Assembly (NCBI GenBank): GCA_029242355.1 | Contig: JAQWUC010000068.1 | Location: forward strand, 55,797 to 119,796 | DNA: 64,000 bases | Direction: 5' to 3' | From: Paracoccaceae bacterium | GTDB lineage: Bacteria; Pseudomonadota; Alphaproteobacteria; Rhodobacterales; Rhodobacteraceae | Shown here: positions 29,219 to 37,350 of the stretch, one piece after another | Numbering within the stretch: position 1 is the first letter of the stretch | Layout of the letters: each line of letters starts with the position of its first letter | Translations under genes and position numbers: made by a program | The notes under the pieces: model-generated | What the model saw: only the letters and a program-made list of their open reading frames with translations | What the model was told of the DNA's origin: nothing | The model's database searches: none

Positions 29219-29246
29219 TTGACACACGTCCTACTCGCAATAATGA
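29219..29246 (+). promoter_or_regulatory. Candidate sigma70-type promoter for the uronate-dehydrogenase-like gene
   Basis: TTGACA, a 16-nt spacer, then TAATGA, about 55 nt upstream of the ATG at 29302. Confidence 0.3.
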
Positions 29247-29301
29247 CTAAGTTAGCGACAGAATTTTTTTAAGAATTTTACAAGTAAATCAGGAGAAACG
29301 A

Positions 29302-30141
29302 ATGTTAACAAAAATTGTATTAACTGGCGCCGCTGGAAGATTGGGGTCGTATCTTCGAGAACCTTTGAATCAATTAACAGAGCAATTAATTTCGACGGAT
29401 ATAAATGACGATGTTGGTAAACTTTACTCAAAGGAAACATTTATAAAGGCAAACCTTGAGGATTTACCGGCACTTGAAGAAATATTTAAAGGCGCTGAAA
29501 TGATTGTTCACTTTGGTGCGATTGTAGACGAAGCTCCTTTTGAAATGTTACTCGGTCCCAATTTTATTGGAGCTTACAATGTCTGGGAAGCTGCAAAAAA
29601 AAATGATGTAAAAAGGGTAATTTATGCAAGCTCAATTCACGCCGTGGGTATGTATCCAACAAATGAGACAATTGGTGTAAATGTTCTTCATAGACCGGAT
29701 ACTTTTTATGGGTTGGCAAAGTGCTTTGCTGAGGATCTAGGGAGAATGTACTGGGAAAAATGTGGGATTGAGTCTGTCTGTTTGAGAATAGCGTCATGCG
29801 CGCAAGTGAATTCCACTAGGAGCCTAAGTAGTTGGCTATCTTATGACGATCTCATTCATCTGGTAACGCGCGCCATTGACTCGCCAACTACTGAATTTTC
29901 AATAATTTATGGCGTCTCCAATAATGACCGCGCCACACTCAGTAACGACGAAGTTACTTTTCTTGGATATAAACCAAAAGATAACGCAGAAGTTTTTGCA
30001 AAAAATATTTTTGCCACCGCCGCTCCGAGTGACCCATACGACATCTCACAAACGCGCGTCGGGGGTCCATTTGCTTCGGTTCCATTAGGTGAAAGCGGTT
30101 TGGCGCGAATGACCATAGTGGATGATAAAAAGAAAAACTGA
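29302..30141 (+). CDS. udh: NAD-dependent epimerase/dehydratase-fold enzyme, uronate dehydrogenase-like
   Basis: Collinear with remembered Agrobacterium Udh: VLTGAAGRLG, IVHFGA, ASSIHAVGMYP, YGLAKCFAEDLGRMY, SSWLSYDDL, LGYKPKDNAE. Confidence 0.7.
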   Translation: MLTKIVLTGAAGRLGSYLREPLNQLTEQLISTDINDDVGKLYSKETFIKANLEDLPALEEIFKGAEMIVHFGAIVDEAPFEMLLGPNFIGAYNVWEAAKKNDVKRVIYASSIHAVGMYPTNETIGVNVLHRPDTFYGLAKCFAEDLGRMYWEKCGIESVCLRIASCAQVNSTRSLSSWLSYDDLIHLVTRAIDSPTTEFSIIYGVSNNDRATLSNDEVTFLGYKPKDNAEVFAKNIFATAAPSDPYDISQTRVGGPFASVPLGESGLARMTIVDDKKKN

Positions 30142-30157
30142 CTATTAACCCTTTTAC

Positions 30158-30189
30158 GGGTTGCTGGCACATTCACTTACCGGCAACCC
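30158..30189 (+). terminator. GC-rich hairpin between the convergent udh-like and Lin0512-like genes
   Basis: GGGTTGCTGG-N12-CCGGCAACCC. The single non-Watson-Crick position is U-G on the plus RNA and A-C on the minus RNA. There is no strong U-tract. Confidence 0.45.
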
Positions 30190-30286
30190 TTAGCATACGA
30201 GGATGTTCAAAAAACTCTTTAGCTTAATTTCATCTTACCGCGAAATCTCGTCTTGCCAAAATGGCATTGTGTCGCAGGTAAAATAT

Positions 30287-30649
30287 CTATGTTCGTTTAA
30301 AATTCTGCTTTTTAATTTCATAAAAAGCCTCGACGGCGGCTGTGGCAATCACTGATATTGTGCCATTTTCAGAATCGGTAATATTTAATCCGCCACATAC
30401 TGCTTTTACAGATACCACCCCATGAGGAAGAACTTCTGCGACTAATTTAGCATCGACTAAATCGGGCTTTTTAACGCCAATTGTGACTTTAACTTGCATT
30501 TTTCTACTATCTAAACTCAGTGATCTAAACATTATAATTGAACTATGATGAATTGCATCGTGAACTGCACGGCAGGCCGCTTTGGTATAATCCTCACCAT
30601 AGAGGTCACTTCCCATCCCAGTTTCCAAAATCAATCGGCAGGTATCCAT
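30287..30649 (-). CDS. Lin0512-family-like small protein, function unknown (paralogue 2)
   Basis: 120 aa. LILETGMGSDLYGEDYTKAA fits the remembered GxGxDxHG family motif with H->Y. TAATG overlap with the upstream paralogue. Confidence 0.5.
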   Translation of the reverse strand: MDTCRLILETGMGSDLYGEDYTKAACRAVHDAIHHSSIIMFRSLSLDSRKMQVKVTIGVKKPDLVDAKLVAEVLPHGVVSVKAVCGGLNITDSENGTISVIATAAVEAFYEIKKQNFKRT

Positions 30650-30996
30650 TAAGAAACCTCCATTTCAAAAGAAACAATTACAGCTGCAGTAACAATAATA
30701 GTTTTCCCACCACCGTCGGGTTTGCAAACATCGAGACCCCCAAACGCACTCTCAATCGTTACAACGCCATAGGGGAAAATATCCTTAATTTTATCTCGAT
30801 CAATCTTCTCAGGTTGTTGAGACCCCAAAAGAACCTCAACAATCATATCACTTTTGTCAAAACCAAAAGCCTCCGCAACGTTAAGTGAATTCTGCCATAG
30901 AGCATTTTTGACCGCGCGTTCTGCCGCTTTCGAGTAATCCTCCCGTCTCAGGGATGTTCCTTGACCAAGCTCCAAAACAATTCTTTTTTTTGCCAC
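30649..30996 (-). CDS. Lin0512-family-like small protein, function unknown (paralogue 1, degenerate motif)
   Basis: 115 aa, roughly one-third identical to its neighbour by eye. The motif region reads GQGTSLRR, so the D and HG positions are lost. Confidence 0.5.
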   Translation of the reverse strand: MAKKRIVLELGQGTSLRREDYSKAAERAVKNALWQNSLNVAEAFGFDKSDMIVEVLLGSQQPEKIDRDKIKDIFPYGVVTIESAFGGLDVCKPDGGGKTIIVTAAVIVSFEMEVS

Positions 30997-31160
30997 AAAC
31001 TATCCTTTTTGTAAAAATTCTTCTTTATTTAATGATAAATGTCTTTTTAATGCCAAAATTAACGAAAGATTACAACTGATAGCTTGACGGTTTGGCTTTC
31101 TTAAATAACAATCACCCTACAGGAAACTAATTTCAGTCCGAACAATTTAAAGGAGCTAAT

Positions 31161-31898
31161 ATGAAAAACATTTTATCAACAGCGCTAGCTGTTGCATTGC
31201 TGGCAATCCCAGTATCAGCAGCTGATCTCAGTGGAAGGACACTAAACATTGGATCAGATACCACCTATCCTCCCCATGAGTTTATTGAAGACGGAGTAGT
31301 TAAGGGATTTGACGTCGACGTAGTCGCATCTATCTGTGAAGAAATTAACTGTAAACCTAATTGGGTGACTACAGCCTGGGACGGCATATTCGCTGCCCTA
31401 GCCGATGGAGAGTTTGACATGGTTGTGTCCGGAGTTACGATAACCGATGAACGTGACAAGATCGTAGATTTCTCAGATCCTTACATAATTGTTCAACAAG
31501 GCGTCTTAATGCGAGTAGAAGATGAAGGAGCTACAATCGAAGCCTTCAAGTCTGGCCAAATGAAGCTAGCATCTCAAACAGGAACAACTAACGCAGCCCT
31601 TGGAGAAGAGCTTGTAGGAAGAGAAAATTTAAATCTATTTGATACTTTTTCAAACGCAGTACTAGCTGTAAGAAATGGAGATGTAGACGGAGTAATTATC
31701 GATAGCACCTCAGCCGCGGCTTACGAGCAAGAATTCGCAGGTGAACTGACCGTTGCAATTAAAGGTCTCTCATCTGATCCGCTAGGCCTAGTATTCCAAG
31801 AGGGAGATGCACTGCAAGATGCGTTCAATGAAGGTTTAGCAACTATTAAATCAGATGGGACTCTGAAAAAATTAATGGTTAAATGGTGGCCAAAGTAA
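31161..31898 (+). CDS. Polar amino-acid ABC transporter substrate-binding protein (family 3)
   Basis: Signal peptide MKNILSTALAVALLAIPVSA. GSDTTYPPHEF and GFDVDV are HisJ/ArtJ-like patterns. 245 aa. Confidence 0.85.
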   Translation: MKNILSTALAVALLAIPVSAADLSGRTLNIGSDTTYPPHEFIEDGVVKGFDVDVVASICEEINCKPNWVTTAWDGIFAALADGEFDMVVSGVTITDERDKIVDFSDPYIIVQQGVLMRVEDEGATIEAFKSGQMKLASQTGTTNAALGEELVGRENLNLFDTFSNAVLAVRNGDVDGVIIDSTSAAAYEQEFAGELTVAIKGLSSDPLGLVFQEGDALQDAFNEGLATIKSDGTLKKLMVKWWPK

Positions 31899-31911
31899 TA
31901 TCCTATCATTA

Positions 31912-31952
31912 ATCGAGAACTCTAACTAATTGAAAAATGGAGAGTTCTCGAT
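31912..31952 (+). terminator. Perfect 12-bp-stem hairpin between the SBP and permease genes
   Basis: ATCGAGAACTCT-N17-AGAGTTCTCGAT, read directly from the sequence. Confidence 0.45.
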
Positions 31953-31972
31953 CAAATGTCTTGAGTAAATGA

Positions 31973-33667
31973 ATGGAAAAAATTTTAGACGGGTTGCGCC
32001 AAGTTCGCGCTAGCAACATCATATTTCTTTTTATGATTCCTATAATTATTTACTTTCTTGCTACATCAAGGAATTACTTACCAGCATTGCATTCAGTGCT
32101 CGGCGTTGAGAATAATGCAACGTCATTATTGATCAGCTTTCTAACAGTCTGTCTGACTGCAACCCTAATTTTAACAGGTTCGATTTTTTTACTTAAATCT
32201 GTTAGAATTGATCAAAAACAACCGATTATTGTGAGATCACGTAAGCTAGCAGCAATGTGTTTCTTGCTTTCATTTTTAATTAGTTTTGCATTTCATTTCA
32301 ATCAGTTTTTAGACAACTATGCAGTATCAATTCTAGCAAATTCAGCAGACCCAAGAAAAGTTGACTGGATAGTTGTTGTGAACCAAAGTTTTACTTTGAC
32401 TCCAGAATTTCAAAAAGCTCTACTAGCTAAAGTAGAATTCGCCAGATACTTTGTTTCTATAGTGGGTTTAGGAATTTTAGCTTTTGCACTGCTACCAACC
32501 ACATATCACGCAAGTAGATTTGGGAAATTATTAATTTTAATTATTTTAAGTTACGGCTTTTTGACATCATTTTATTTTCTAATGATTGCTCACGCGGGTT
32601 TCGCTGTTGGATTAATGATTACCCTAAGAGCCGCATTCTTTGCTTATTTTGGGGCAAGTGTTTTAGGTCTGCTCTGGGCCCTTTTGACAAAGCTTTCACC
32701 TTCGCATCGTGCAACAAAAATTTATACTATGTTAGGGATTGGGTTGATTTGCCTCGGGACAATTTTCTTTCTACAAAAGCATAAAGAAGTTGCACTAATT
32801 GGAACTACTAATGGTAAAATTGGAGTAATTTCAGGAACCCCTCAATGGGTAGCTGATACTGTCCGTTATGGAGATTTTTTGGATCAACCTCCTGAAAAAC
32901 CTTTTAAAATAAGATCTCTAAATAATTTATCAAAAGGGTTATCTTTGTTTGAAAAACAGACGCTATCTGGCTTAATAGTACCAATTTCCGCCGTTGAAGA
33001 TTATTCACCGATTTGGACAACATCTTATCTCCCAACAAAGCAAAAAACTTTAGGAATTGCAGCTGTCTCGATTGGATTTTTAATCCTCCTTTTAACTGGC
33101 ATTGGTGCAATTTCAAACTTGCACCCTTTAGCTGTTTTTTCTGATTTTTTTGTAGATACTATTAGGGGAATACCAATGATTGTTATTATACTTTACATTG
33201 GGCTTCCTCTCGCTGGAGCATTAAAGAACGCCTCCGGTGGTTACATGAATATTGAAATGCTAACTCGAGGTATTATTGCTATAGCTATCGGCTATTCAGC
33301 ATACATGGCTGAAGTGTTCAGAGCTGGAATTGAAGCTATTCCGAAAGGCCAAATAGAAGCAGCCAGAACACTAGGATTGAGAGAACACCAGGTGGCTAGA
33401 TTTGTGATAATTCCACAAGCCATTGCTATTGTTCTACCTGCTTTAGGAAATGAATTTATCGCGATGCTCAAAGATACATCCCTACTATCTATTCTTTCAA
33501 TAAGAGATGTAACTCAACGCATGAAAGAATTTCAAGCCCAGAGTTTCTTGGCTTTTGAACCATTTAATACTGCTGCTCTTCTTTATGTCTTTTTAACTCT
33601 CTTGGCAGCAAGTGGAATAAAGTCTCTCGACAATATTGTAAATAAAAACCGAATATCAGAAAAATAA
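31973..33667 (+). CDS. Amino-acid ABC permease (HisM/HisQ-type core) with a ~370-aa N-terminal membrane extension
   Basis: The C-terminal ~200 aa carry the polar-amino-acid permease pattern (TIRGIPMIVIILYIGLP...YMAEVFRAGIEAIPKGQIEAARTLGL...). The N-terminal part has about 8 hydrophobic segments plus a ~90-aa soluble insert. Confidence 0.8.
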   Translation: MEKILDGLRQVRASNIIFLFMIPIIIYFLATSRNYLPALHSVLGVENNATSLLISFLTVCLTATLILTGSIFLLKSVRIDQKQPIIVRSRKLAAMCFLLSFLISFAFHFNQFLDNYAVSILANSADPRKVDWIVVVNQSFTLTPEFQKALLAKVEFARYFVSIVGLGILAFALLPTTYHASRFGKLLILIILSYGFLTSFYFLMIAHAGFAVGLMITLRAAFFAYFGASVLGLLWALLTKLSPSHRATKIYTMLGIGLICLGTIFFLQKHKEVALIGTTNGKIGVISGTPQWVADTVRYGDFLDQPPEKPFKIRSLNNLSKGLSLFEKQTLSGLIVPISAVEDYSPIWTTSYLPTKQKTLGIAAVSIGFLILLLTGIGAISNLHPLAVFSDFFVDTIRGIPMIVIILYIGLPLAGALKNASGGYMNIEMLTRGIIAIAIGYSAYMAEVFRAGIEAIPKGQIEAARTLGLREHQVARFVIIPQAIAIVLPALGNEFIAMLKDTSLLSILSIRDVTQRMKEFQAQSFLAFEPFNTAALLYVFLTLLAASGIKSLDNIVNKNRISEK

Positions 33668-33676
33668 ATATACTGT

Positions 33677-34441
33677 TTACCATCGTAAACTCATACATGA
33701 TAAACCAGCGTCAAGCTTAGAAACTTCAAAAATATCAATAATTTTCACTTCAAATTTATCTGATAATAATTCGGCAGTTTTAGGGTAACCATTCGGAACC
33801 AGTAAAACTTCATTTACTCTGAGTGCATTAGCTGCACCGTACTCTCCTTCGGGTGTGACAATTAACTCATGATTATTAAAAATTTCTGATTTTGCCAATC
33901 GAGGCGTTACTAAGACGGTCTCTTCATCTAAAGCCGAGCAATCAGATTTGAAATGCAGAACGCCCTTCGGTGTTTCCACGATTCTACTTTGATAATCCAA
34001 TTGTGAAAGCAAATTTTGCAGTTCAACTGCTCCTAATTGATTAGTTCTATCAGAAAGACCTATTAAAATTTCGTCATTGAGACGTAAAATGTCTCCTCCT
34101 TCGGCATAACCCTTTTTTAATTCATGCACGCGATCAAAAGTTTCCATTAAATGGGGCTTTATTAGGGCTCTTTCCTTCTTTCTACTGTGAGCTCCAGGGT
34201 GAAGTAAAATTGCTCCATTTTTAAATGTCAGAGCTGGATCTTCTACAAACACAGAGTCTGGTAAAGAATCTTCTGATTCCAAAATATCTATAGTTAATCC
34301 AAGATTTTGAAGGCTTTTGATATAACTCAAATGTTCATTTTTTAGGGTCAGGTAGTCAGGTTTAATACCAGTTTCACTCAAACCGTTAATAACTGTCTTA
34401 CCAGGCGAACGCACTATAGCTCTTGAAAATTCATAAAACAT
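33677..34441 (-). CDS. N(G),N(G)-dimethylarginine dimethylaminohydrolase (DDAH)-family amidinotransferase-fold enzyme
   Basis: Collinear with remembered P. aeruginosa DDAH: AIVRSP, KPDY, PDSVFVEDPAL, GGDIL, VLHFKS, and a C-terminal GLSCMSLRW containing the catalytic Cys. The start is taken at the ATG at 34441. Confidence 0.85.
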   Translation of the reverse strand: MFYEFSRAIVRSPGKTVINGLSETGIKPDYLTLKNEHLSYIKSLQNLGLTIDILESEDSLPDSVFVEDPALTFKNGAILLHPGAHSRKKERALIKPHLMETFDRVHELKKGYAEGGDILRLNDEILIGLSDRTNQLGAVELQNLLSQLDYQSRIVETPKGVLHFKSDCSALDEETVLVTPRLAKSEIFNNHELIVTPEGEYGAANALRVNEVLLVPNGYPKTAELLSDKFEVKIIDIFEVSKLDAGLSCMSLRW

Positions 34442-34554
34442 GTGTAAGCGATTACAGAAACATTTTAGAAATAACAAATAATATTTTGGATAAATACTGG
34501 TGGAAGCCACCATTTTATTTATTTAGGTTAAAAGAAAATCATTCAGGATCTTTC

Positions 34555-35727
34555 ATGCATTATGCCTCAGTAACAAATAATTTAAAAAACTTGGGATCAG
34601 AGAAGTGGGCAGTCCACCTTAAAGCAAGAGAACTAATAGCCGCCGGCTCTGAAGTGATCGAACTCACTATTGGTGAACCCGACATGCCTCCTGAGGATGA
34701 TCTGATTGATGAGTGCATAAGATCAATGCAAGCAGGTCGAACAAAGTATTCAAATGGCCGTGGAGAAAGTAACTTACTTTTAAAACTGAAGCAAAAATAC
34801 GTTAAAGTTTCAAACATACCAATCACCGAAGAAAACATCCTCTGTTTCCCGGGCACACAAACTGCACTTTATGCAACAATGCGATCACTCGTTGAACAGG
34901 GTGATGAGGTTATTGTTGGAGATCCCCTTTACGCAACTTATGAAGGTATAATTAGAGCTTCAGGCGCTACAATGGTTCCTGTCCCACTTCGAAGAGAGTA
35001 TAATTTTATTTTACAAGCGCATGATCTTGAAAAAGCTATCACACCTCGAACAAAAGTGGTTCTTTTAAACAGTCCTCATAATCCAACCGGCTCTGTAATG
35101 TCTAAGCAAGATTTTTTAAATATAGCTAAGCTATTCGTACAGAATGATTTATGGTTAGTTTCTGACGAAGTTTACGAAGATCTGATTTTTGAGGGTGAAT
35201 TTTATTCTCCGCTATCCAATGAGAAATTAGCGCCTCGAACCGTGGTCGTTTCTTCTATTTCAAAAAGTCATGCCGCTCCGGGTTTTCGTTCCGGTTGGGC
35301 TGTTGGGCCTAGAGAGTTTTGCATTAAAACACTGCCGCTATCAGAAACTATGTTGTTCGGAAGTCAACCTTTCATTGCTGACATGACCGCGCTTGCCCTA
35401 TCTCGACCTTCTAAAGTTTCAATTAAAATGAAAATTGCGTATGAAAGAAGAGCAAAACTGATCTGTCATAATTTGCAATCAGTTGAGCACATCAATCCAC
35501 TCATGCCAAATGCAGGAATGTTTATTTTAATTGATATTGAAAAAACTAATCTAACTTGTTCAAATTTTGCATGGAAACTTTTGAATGAGCAACTTGTAGC
35601 CGTTATGCCAGGAGACTCATTTGGCCATCAAGCACGGAGTTTTATTCGCATGAGCCTAACTGTGCCCGACAAATTATTATTAAAAGCGTGTAACCGTATC
35701 TCCTTATTTATCAAAAACCTAAAATAA
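34555..35727 (+). CDS. Class I/II aminotransferase, arginine:pyruvate transaminase (AruH)-like
   Basis: GEPDMPP, GDEVIVGDPLYATYEG, LNSPHNPTG, SDEVYEDLIFEG and SSISKSHAAPGFRSGW (PLP Lys). Collinear with remembered AruH. Start at the ATG at 34555. Confidence 0.75.
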   Translation: MHYASVTNNLKNLGSEKWAVHLKARELIAAGSEVIELTIGEPDMPPEDDLIDECIRSMQAGRTKYSNGRGESNLLLKLKQKYVKVSNIPITEENILCFPGTQTALYATMRSLVEQGDEVIVGDPLYATYEGIIRASGATMVPVPLRREYNFILQAHDLEKAITPRTKVVLLNSPHNPTGSVMSKQDFLNIAKLFVQNDLWLVSDEVYEDLIFEGEFYSPLSNEKLAPRTVVVSSISKSHAAPGFRSGWAVGPREFCIKTLPLSETMLFGSQPFIADMTALALSRPSKVSIKMKIAYERRAKLICHNLQSVEHINPLMPNAGMFILIDIEKTNLTCSNFAWKLLNEQLVAVMPGDSFGHQARSFIRMSLTVPDKLLLKACNRISLFIKNLK

Positions 35728-35739
35728 AGAGTAAAGCTA

Positions 35740-37347
35740 TTGAATGAAATTAATTTAGGAGAAATTATAGTAAAAACGCTTGAAAACCATGGTGTTGAAT
35801 TCATTTTTGGGATTCCAGGTGTTCATACGGTAGAACTTTACAGGGCGCTATCGAACTCAAAAATTCAACATATAACGGCTAGACATGAACAAGGTGCTGG
35901 TTTCATGGCTGATGGATATGCTCGGATCAGCGGGAAACCAGGAGTCTGTTTTGTTATAACAGGGCCAGGCGTAACAAATATTCTCACAGCAATGGCTCAG
36001 GCACGATCAGATTCAATTCCAATGTTGGTTTTCTCTGGTGTTAACAAATTGAAACCACCTCTAATTAGTAGGGCTCCATTACATGATCTACCAAATCAAG
36101 AAAAGCTCACAAAACAAGTGACGATTGCAAGTTATACCATCAATAATATAAACGATACTCAGTCAATTATTAACAAGGCTTTTGCAAAAATGACTTTAGG
36201 GAAACCTGGTCCCGTGCATATTCAAATTCCTGTTGATGTGATGACACAAACGATCACTCAAGAAAGTTATTTTTACTATAAACAGAAAAAACTTCTAACT
36301 CCTAAGAAATCAGAAATTTTGGAAGCCATAAAGACTATTAACAAAAGTAATAATCCTTGTATAATTCTTGGTGGAGGAGCCAGATCAGCAAAAGCAACTA
36401 TCAAAAAATTTGTTGAATTTCTGAAAGCACCAACTGTTTCTACTGTAAACGCACGAGATCTTCTTGGTCAACATCCTCTCCATATACCTGCAAGCCCCAG
36501 TTTGGCGTCTGTAAGAAAACTTTTAAAAGAAGCTGATTTAGTAATCGCACTAGGTACTGAAATGGGACAAACAGATTATGATATGTATGAGAATGGTCTT
36601 TTCCCTACCCTGAACAACTTGATAAGAGTGGATATCGATACTGATCAACTAAGGCAAAGTCACCCAGGGACAAAAAACATAAAAGGAGACGTAAAGGTAT
36701 TTTGTGAAGAAATTCTAAAAAAGGTTAGAAGTAAAGAAAATACAAAAAGTAAAGATCGTGTCACGATTTGTACCAATTCTGTTCAACTCGAAATTCCATC
36801 CGACTACGACTCATGCAAATTACTTATTTCAACTATAATTACACACCTACCAAACGCTATTCTCGCCGGAGATTCCACGCAGCCAACATATTATGGAAAT
36901 CTCTATTGTGAAATTACGAGCCGTAACCGATGGTTTAATTCGGCTACCGGTTTTGGAACGCTCGGATACGCGCCCCCAGCATCAATTGGTGCAAAACTCG
37001 CAAACCCTGATAAACCTGTAGTCTGTATAGTCGGAGACGGTGGTCTGCAATTCAGTATAGCTGAATTAGGAACAGTAATCGATGAGAATGTTGCTGTTCT
37101 TTTTTTGATTTGGAATAATAATGAATATAAAGAAATCAGAACATATATGGAGTCTAAAGCAATTAAGCCAATCGGGATCACCCCAAAGCCACCGAATTTA
37201 CAACTCACCGCAAAATCGTATGGCATTCAATTCACACGTGTACGAACCGTAACCGATTTATCAAATGCACTTTTAAAATTTTCCATAGAACCAGTCCCAC
37301 TCATAATTGAAATCAATGAAACTACTTTTAGCAAGTCACAAAAATAA
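35740..37347 (+). CDS. ThDP-dependent decarboxylase, 2-ketoarginine decarboxylase (AruI)-like
   Basis: FGIPGVHTVELY, RHEQGAGFMADGYARISGKPGV, and the ThDP motif GDGGLQFSIAELGT...NNNEY. 535 aa, directly after the AruH-like gene, as in the remembered aruHI arrangement. TTG start. Confidence 0.7.
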   Translation: MNEINLGEIIVKTLENHGVEFIFGIPGVHTVELYRALSNSKIQHITARHEQGAGFMADGYARISGKPGVCFVITGPGVTNILTAMAQARSDSIPMLVFSGVNKLKPPLISRAPLHDLPNQEKLTKQVTIASYTINNINDTQSIINKAFAKMTLGKPGPVHIQIPVDVMTQTITQESYFYYKQKKLLTPKKSEILEAIKTINKSNNPCIILGGGARSAKATIKKFVEFLKAPTVSTVNARDLLGQHPLHIPASPSLASVRKLLKEADLVIALGTEMGQTDYDMYENGLFPTLNNLIRVDIDTDQLRQSHPGTKNIKGDVKVFCEEILKKVRSKENTKSKDRVTICTNSVQLEIPSDYDSCKLLISTIITHLPNAILAGDSTQPTYYGNLYCEITSRNRWFNSATGFGTLGYAPPASIGAKLANPDKPVVCIVGDGGLQFSIAELGTVIDENVAVLFLIWNNNEYKEIRTYMESKAIKPIGITPKPPNLQLTAKSYGIQFTRVRTVTDLSNALLKFSIEPVPLIIEINETTFSKSQK

Positions 37348-37350
37348 AAA

